This document shows, piece after piece, positions 58,518-64,000 of a stretch of DNA of 64,000 bases. Location: contig CAVRQR010000006.1 in NCBI GenBank assembly GCA_963723495.1, positions 498,107 to 562,106 on the forward strand. The letters run 5' to 3'. Origin of the DNA: an uncultured Acidobacteriota bacterium. GTDB lineage: Bacteria; Acidobacteriota; Vicinamibacteria; Vicinamibacterales; UBA2999. A program made the translations under genes and the position numbers. Positions within the stretch are counted from its first letter, which is position 1. Each line of letters starts with the position of its first letter. Under the pieces are notes generated by a model, which worked only from the letters and a program-made list of their open reading frames with translations, was not told the DNA's origin and did not search any database.

Positions 58518-59411
58518 GTGACCCATCTCAGACAAGCGATGCTGGAGGAACTCCAGCGGCGCAACTACGCGAAGACCACCGTTTACTACTACCTCAAGGC
58601 CGTCGAGCGATTCGCCCGGTTCTTTCACACGTCCCCGGATCAACTCAATCAGAGCCACCTACGACAGTATCAGGCGTACTTGCTGCGCGAGCGGAAGCTC
58701 GGGCCGCGCACGGTCAAGCTACATGTCTCGGCACTCCGGTTCTTCTTCGTGAAGACGCTCAAGCGCCCCTACCTACTGGAGGACATCCCCTTCCCGAAGG
58801 TCCCGCGGCGGCTCCCGGTGATCCTGACCACCGAGGAAGTCGCGCGCCTGATCGAGGGGGCGAAGAACCTCACCGATCGGACCATGCTCATGGTGCTGTA
58901 CTCGACGGGCATGCGGAACGCCGAGTTGCGGCACCTGCAGGTCCGCGACATCGACAGCCGGCGCATGTTGATTCACATTCAGCACGGCAAGGGCGGGCGT
59001 GATCGCTACGTGCCGCTCAGCGCCCGCCTGCTGGAGACGCTCCGCGTGTACTACAACTGGATGCGGCCGAAGACGTGGCTGTTTCCCGGCACGATCCAGA
59101 ACTGGCGCGCGGACAAGCCGATCACCCCGAAGGTCGTGTGGGACGCGTGTCGCGACGCGGCGAGGCGTGCCCAGCTGGAGAAACGCGTCTCGCCCCATCT
59201 GCTGCGCCACGCGTACGCCTCGCATCTGGTAGAAGCGGGAGCTGACTTGCGGACCGTGCAGCTCTTGCTCGGGCACGTCAAACTCGAGCACACCGTTATC
59301 TACCTGCACCTGTCGCAGCGGCACCTGCAAGCGGTCGCCAATCCGCTCGACGCGATGCCCGTCTCCGGCGCCGATAGCGTGCGCCGCACCCGTCGGCTGC
59401 ACAAGCGGTGA
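58518..59411 (+). CDS. Tyrosine recombinase (SAM-like N-domain plus phage integrase catalytic domain)
   Basis: Catalytic R (TGMR), K (GKGG), HxxR (HLLRH), H (LLGH) and Y (TVIY); RBS AGGAGG. Confidence 0.9.
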   Translation: MTHLRQAMLEELQRRNYAKTTVYYYLKAVERFARFFHTSPDQLNQSHLRQYQAYLLRERKLGPRTVKLHVSALRFFFVKTLKRPYLLEDIPFPKVPRRLPVILTTEEVARLIEGAKNLTDRTMLMVLYSTGMRNAELRHLQVRDIDSRRMLIHIQHGKGGRDRYVPLSARLLETLRVYYNWMRPKTWLFPGTIQNWRADKPITPKVVWDACRDAARRAQLEKRVSPHLLRHAYASHLVEAGADLRTVQLLLGHVKLEHTVIYLHLSQRHLQAVANPLDAMPVSGADSVRRTRRLHKR

Positions 59412-60595
59412 AGCGGCCACCCTTCGAGGTGGCCGACATCGTGCGCCGACATGGCGATCGCGTCTTGGAGCGGCACCGCGCCTGGGTGAGTGGGCAGCAT
59501 CGGCGCGTCCTCCGGGCGATCGCGCAGTGTCGTACCGCCGCGCTTGGTGGGCACCGCGATCGCTGTGACCAGTGCGCGCACCCGGCCCTCTCGTACAACA
59601 GCTGTCGCGATCGGCATTGCCCGAAGTGTCTGACCGCGGCGCGGAACGCCTGGGTGACAGCTCGCGAGCAGGAGCTGCTGCCCGTCGGCTACGTCCACAT
59701 CGTCTTCACGATCCCGGAGCCACTCGCGCGTCTCGCGCTAGTCAACAAGCGCGTGGTGTACGACCTGCTGTTTCAGGCGGCCGCCGACACCTTGCTCCAG
59801 GTCGCGAGCAATCCGAAGCGCTTGGGTGGCGTCATTGGCGGGCTGATGGTGCTCCACACGTGGGGCCAGCGGCTGCAGCATCATCCCCACGTCCACTGCG
59901 TCGTGCCGATGGGCGGCTTGGCGCCGGACGGCGCCCGGTGGATCCACGCCCGGCCGCGCTTCTTCCTGCCGATTCCGGTCCTCCGGAAGCTGTTTCGGGG
60001 CAAGCTCGTCGCCGGCATCCGAGACGCCTTTCGACACGGTCGCCTCCATCTGCCGGGCCGTCTGGAATCACTGAACACGGCCGTCGCCTTCAGCGCCTTC
60101 CTCCGATCGCTCCATCGTCAGACGTGGGTCGTGTACGCCAAGCCACCCTTCGGCAGTCCGGCGCACGTGCTGCACTACCTGGCGCGCTATACCCACCGCG
60201 TCGCCATCTCCAATCACCGGCTCGTCGACGTGACCGACGACACGGTCTCGTTTCGATGGAAAGACTACCGGCACGGGAGTCGAGTCCGGACGCTCACACT
60301 CGACATCGAGGAGTTTCTCCGCCGCTTCCTGCTGCACGTCTTGCCGAAGCGCTTCGTCCGCATCCGCTACTTTGGCTTCCTCGCGTCCCGGTGCCGGACG
60401 CCACAACTCGCCCAGTGCCGTCAGGCCTTAGCCGTCGCGGCGGCCCCGCCACCCGAATCGACGCCTCCCGCGCCGCCGCGGGCGTCATGGCCGTGTCCCC
60501 ACTGTGGCGGCGCCATGCGCGTCGTCGAGCGCTTCACGGCACGGCAACTCCGTCTCACGGCGCTCCTCGCCGACATCCTCCATGACACGTCGTAG
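59408..60595 (+). CDS. IS91-family HUH Y2 rolling-circle transposase
   Basis: Zn-binding CRT..LGG..C..C..SCRDRHCPKC; HTWG..HPHVH; YLARY; IRYFG. Confidence 0.92.
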   Translation: MKRPPFEVADIVRRHGDRVLERHRAWVSGQHRRVLRAIAQCRTAALGGHRDRCDQCAHPALSYNSCRDRHCPKCLTAARNAWVTAREQELLPVGYVHIVFTIPEPLARLALVNKRVVYDLLFQAAADTLLQVASNPKRLGGVIGGLMVLHTWGQRLQHHPHVHCVVPMGGLAPDGARWIHARPRFFLPIPVLRKLFRGKLVAGIRDAFRHGRLHLPGRLESLNTAVAFSAFLRSLHRQTWVVYAKPPFGSPAHVLHYLARYTHRVAISNHRLVDVTDDTVSFRWKDYRHGSRVRTLTLDIEEFLRRFLLHVLPKRFVRIRYFGFLASRCRTPQLAQCRQALAVAAAPPPESTPPAPPRASWPCPHCGGAMRVVERFTARQLRLTALLADILHDTS

Positions 60596-61026
60596 CGGCA
60601 CGCCTCGATCCGCCAGGCGCTCTGGTGACGTCGCGCTCGTACGCGCGTGCGCCGGAGGTCTGCCCCGCGCTCCGCGTCAACGGCCACGACCCGCCGTCTC
60701 CCACGCCGTCCGCGTCACCATCGCCGCGCTCGGAGCGTCGGCACCGGGTGGTACGCCCGCACATCAGTGGTCCGTACGATTGAAAGGACATAGCTGACGG
60801 GCCGCGTCCGCCGCAGACGCCAGCGGCTTGGTCCTAACGGCTCTATCGAAAGTGACCCGGCGATCGAACCTCGAGGTCGATCCGCGCGCTCGCGCGCCGG
60901 GTCACTCCCGATAGAGTCATATCGTTTATCGTGAGTTAACGCCGGCCCAAGAGGCGCGAGGATATGAACGGCAGCTGTTCCCTGGGGCACGCGTACAAGA
61001 GCAGGCTGTCGAATGCTTCTCGCCAA

Positions 61027-61965
61027 CTACTTGTACAAGTCGCCGGCGAGATACTTGAGGCCTGTATCGACGGCGACGGTTGCCACTACCTTGCCTGGCC
61101 CGAGCTCTCGCGCTAGTTGGAGCGCGCCAACCAGATTGAGTCCCGTTGATGTCCCCGCAAAAATGCCTTCTTCCCTGGCCGCACGGCGCGTCATCGCCCG
61201 CCCCTCGTTCTCTTCGATGGCGCGCGCCTCGTCGTACGATCCTGCGACCAAATGTGGCGGCCAGAAGCCGGCAGCCGTGCCCTCGACACCATGCGGCCCA
61301 CCCGTGCCAGCCGTGAGAAACGGCGAGGTCGATGGCTCGAGCGCGATAATGCGCGTCGCCGTGTCGACCTGCTTCAAGGCATTCGACACACCCACCAGCA
61401 TACCCGCCGTTCCTACCATGCCGACGAATGCGTCGACGCAGCCGATCTGCTCCACCAGTTCGCGGCCGATGCCAGCATAGCCATCCAGCGCGTCGGCATT
61501 GTTGAATTGATCGGTCCAAAAAGTGTTCGGGTCCCTTGCCAGTTCGGCGATTCGGGCCTTGAAGCGATCGAACAGCGCAGGCGTAACCTTACCTCCATCG
61601 CTCGGCACGATCTCGAGGTCGGCACCAAAGGCCCGCATCGTGTCGAGTTTCTCGACCGCGAAAGCGTCCGATGACAGAGGATGAAAGTCGTAGCCTTTCA
61701 TCGCGCACACCATGGCCAACGACGAGCCGGTGCTGCCGCCGGTGTACTCGACGACGCGCATCCCTGGCCGCAATGCGCCACGTCGTTCGGCGCCTTCGAT
61801 CATGGCGAGCGCCATCCGGTCCTTATACGACCCGGTTGGATTGAAGTATTCGAGCTTCACGAAGACATCGGCCGAACCGCGCGTAACGAGCCGCTGCAGA
61901 CGCACGAGCGGCGTGCGGCCGATTGTGCGAAGCACAGAATCAACGGCTGCGGGCAATGAGATCAT
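61027..61965 (-). CDS. Cysteine synthase-family PLP enzyme
   Basis: IGRTPLV, KLEYFNPTGSYKDR, VGTAG and DTGLKY motifs. Confidence 0.85.
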   Translation of the reverse strand: MISLPAAVDSVLRTIGRTPLVRLQRLVTRGSADVFVKLEYFNPTGSYKDRMALAMIEGAERRGALRPGMRVVEYTGGSTGSSLAMVCAMKGYDFHPLSSDAFAVEKLDTMRAFGADLEIVPSDGGKVTPALFDRFKARIAELARDPNTFWTDQFNNADALDGYAGIGRELVEQIGCVDAFVGMVGTAGMLVGVSNALKQVDTATRIIALEPSTSPFLTAGTGGPHGVEGTAAGFWPPHLVAGSYDEARAIEENEGRAMTRRAAREEGIFAGTSTGLNLVGALQLARELGPGKVVATVAVDTGLKYLAGDLYK

Positions 61966-62164
61966 AGAGGTCGATTATTCCACGACGTCCTCAGGCGTTA
62001 GCCGACGGAATCGGCAACGCCGCTCCCGTTGCGCCGCGACATGCCTCCCGATAAGTCGGCAAGGGTATTTCTACCGGCTCCTCAGAGGATGGGCAGCCAC
62101 TGCGCCGTTACCCGTTACGTATCTGCTCTCGCTACAGCATCTCCTATAATCGCAGCCACCTGCC

Positions 62165-64000
62165 GTGGCTCTGACTGCTGGCACCCGCATCGGCCCGTAC
62201 GAAATTACCGCACAGATCGGCGTGGGCGGCATGGGCGAGGTGTATCAGGCCATGGACACTCGCCTGAAGCGCCGGGTCGCCATCAAGGTGCTGCCCGAAT
62301 CAGTAGCGGCCAATGCGGAGCGAGTCGCGCGTTTCCAGCGTGAAGCGGAAGTGCTGGCGTCGCTGAATCACCTAAACATCGCAGCGATCTACGGACTCGA
62401 GGACGCCGACGGTCTGAAGGCGCTCGCCATGGAGCTCGTCGAGGGGCCTACACTTGCGAACCGCATCGCCGAGGGGCCAATCCCGGTTGACGAGGCGCTC
62501 GCGGTGGCGAAGCAGATCGTCGCAGCCCTTCAAGCGGCGCACGACCAAGGCATCATCCATCGCGATCTGAAGCCGGCAAATGTCAAAACTCGTCCCGACG
62601 GCGCGGTGAAAGTGCTGGATTTCGGGCTTGCCAAAGTGACACAGCCCATGGGTGCGATGTCCGAAGGGACGTCGCAGTCACCGACGATCACAAACCCCGC
62701 GATGACCCGGGCGGGCATGATTCTGGGGACCGCCGCCTATATGAGCCCCGAGCAGGCGCGTGGCCTGCCTGTTGACACGCGGACCGACATCTGGGCGTTC
62801 GGCTGCGTGCTCTACGAGATGCTCACCGGTCGCTTGGCGTTCCCGGGCGGAACGGTCACCGACACCCTGGTCGCGATTCTCGAGCGGGAGCCCGATTGGG
62901 CAGCGCTACCCGAAGCCGCGCCACCACAGGTGAGGGCTCTTCTGAAACGATGTCTGCAGAAGGACCCTAAACAGCGTTTGGGCGATATAGGCGACGCGCG
63001 GATCGCACTCGAGGTGATCGCGAGCGAGCCCCCGACAGCTCCTGCGCCGCGCGGGCGCGCCGCGCCGGTGCCGGATCGACGTCCACGGTTACTTCTGCCG
63101 ATCCTCGCTGCCGGCGCCGTGGCCCTCGTTCTCGTGGTGGGCGTCTGGCAGTGGCGGGTATGGACCGCCTCGCCGGCCAATCCAGTGCGGTCGCTCGCAA
63201 TTCTTCCGTTGAAGCCGCTCCAGCAGAATACTGAGGACGACCATCTAGGGCTCGGCATTGCCGACACGATCATCACGCGAATAGGACAGCTCGAGGGGAT
63301 CGCGGTGCGTCCGACGAGCTCGGTTCGGCGTTACGGCTCCGCGCAGTCCGACGCACTCGACGCCGCCCGTGAGCTCAGGGTGGATGCCGTGCTCGATGGA
63401 ACCGTTCAGCGTGCCGGCAATCGGCTGCGTATCAACCTGAACCTCGTGCGCGTCAGTGACGGCGCCTCGCTGTGGAGTCGCAGCTTCAACACCGGTTTCA
63501 ACGACATCTTTGCCGTCGAGGACGAGATCGCGCAGCAGGTCGTCGGTGAGCTGCGCCCGCGATTGACGCCGACAGAACAGGCGCGTCTCACCAAGCGTTA
63601 CACCTCCAGTCCTGAGGCGTACCAGGTACCACGTGAAAGGCATTCGCACGTTTGGAACGGTTGGCGGCGCCGGCGTAACGGCCGCCGGCGAGGTTGACAC
63701 CGGCCTGAAGATGCTCGAACGCGCAGTAGAGATCGATCCTGGCTATGCGTTGGCCCACGCGCAGCTGGCATGGGGGTACACGTGGCTTGGGCTGTTTACC
63801 AACGCGGGGTCGGTCTGGATTGACCGCGCCAGAGAGGCCCTTGCGCGAGCAAACACCATCGACCCAGACCTTGCAGAAGCTCACGTCGTCCGTTCTCTCC
63901 TACTTTGGAGCTTCTTTGAAGGGTACCAGATCGGGCCTGCGTTCGAGGCACTCAAAGCGGCGCAGCGGTTGAACCCGAACGTCGGGCACTTTGAATTGGC
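62165..64000 (+). CDS. Ser/Thr kinase with TM, TolB-N-like and TPR domains (frameshift near 63626; runs off window)
   Basis: Complete kinase motifs (HRDLKPAN, DFG, GTAAYMSPEQ, DIWAFG); SLAILP; TPR-like ERAVEIDPGYALAH. Confidence 0.9.

Larger units (their letters stand above)
58430..60916 (+). mobile_element. Tyrosine recombinase plus IS91-family transposase element with terminal inverted repeats and a right-end hairpin
   Basis: Perfect 22-bp IR at 58430-58451 and 60818-60839; two coupled genes; hairpin at 60841-60916. Confidence 0.8.

Noticed and set aside
58518-59411. Recombinase as the integron integrase for the 41-42 kb cassettes
   Set aside because: No evident IntI-specific insertion before the HxxR box, 16 kb away, and coupled to an IS91 transposase
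60831-60941. Canonical attC at the right end of the element
   Set aside because: Spacing from the stem to a GTT core is too long and typical extrahelical bases are not evident; kept only as a resemblance
61996-62004. GTTAGCC core-like site upstream of the cysteine synthase gene
   Set aside because: Wrong orientation for that gene and no attC stem
4703-63700. Calling the many split genes pseudogenes or programmed frameshifts
   Set aside because: Single-base fixes restore full-length proteins with intact motifs, there are no slippery heptamers, and the pattern fits sequencing error

Overview
High-GC bacterial DNA. The gene repertoire (expanded 'LTAGTRLGPYEI' Ser/Thr kinases, PadR plus permease, PEP-CTERM, di-heme cytochrome, NHL and FG-GAP secreted proteins) suggests Acidobacteriota, possibly Vicinamibacterales-like; this is inference only. 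About 14 otherwise intact genes carry single-base frameshifts, six of them next to GTAC, so they are probably long-read errors. The first ~30 kb is tightly packed metabolic and envelope DNA: a Tat amidohydrolase, an ICL/PEP-mutase family lyase, a DRE-TIM synthase, a fused Mo-hydroxylase, a GT87, a 12-kb putative catabolic operon with a LIV-type ABC transporter, cytochromes c and a DoxX / Tat-ThDP enzyme / cytochrome c operon. It is punctuated by GTAG-type REPs and heptamer-periodic hairpins. The remaining ~34 kb is an accessory mosaic: IS remnants, an integrase-less integron cassette pair, a two-component cluster, paoABC-like and mlaEFD-like operons, a PEP-CTERM gene, a tyrosine-recombinase/IS91-transposase element with 22-bp terminal inverted repeats, and two paralogous kinases. 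No rRNA, tRNA or CRISPR array was recognised.
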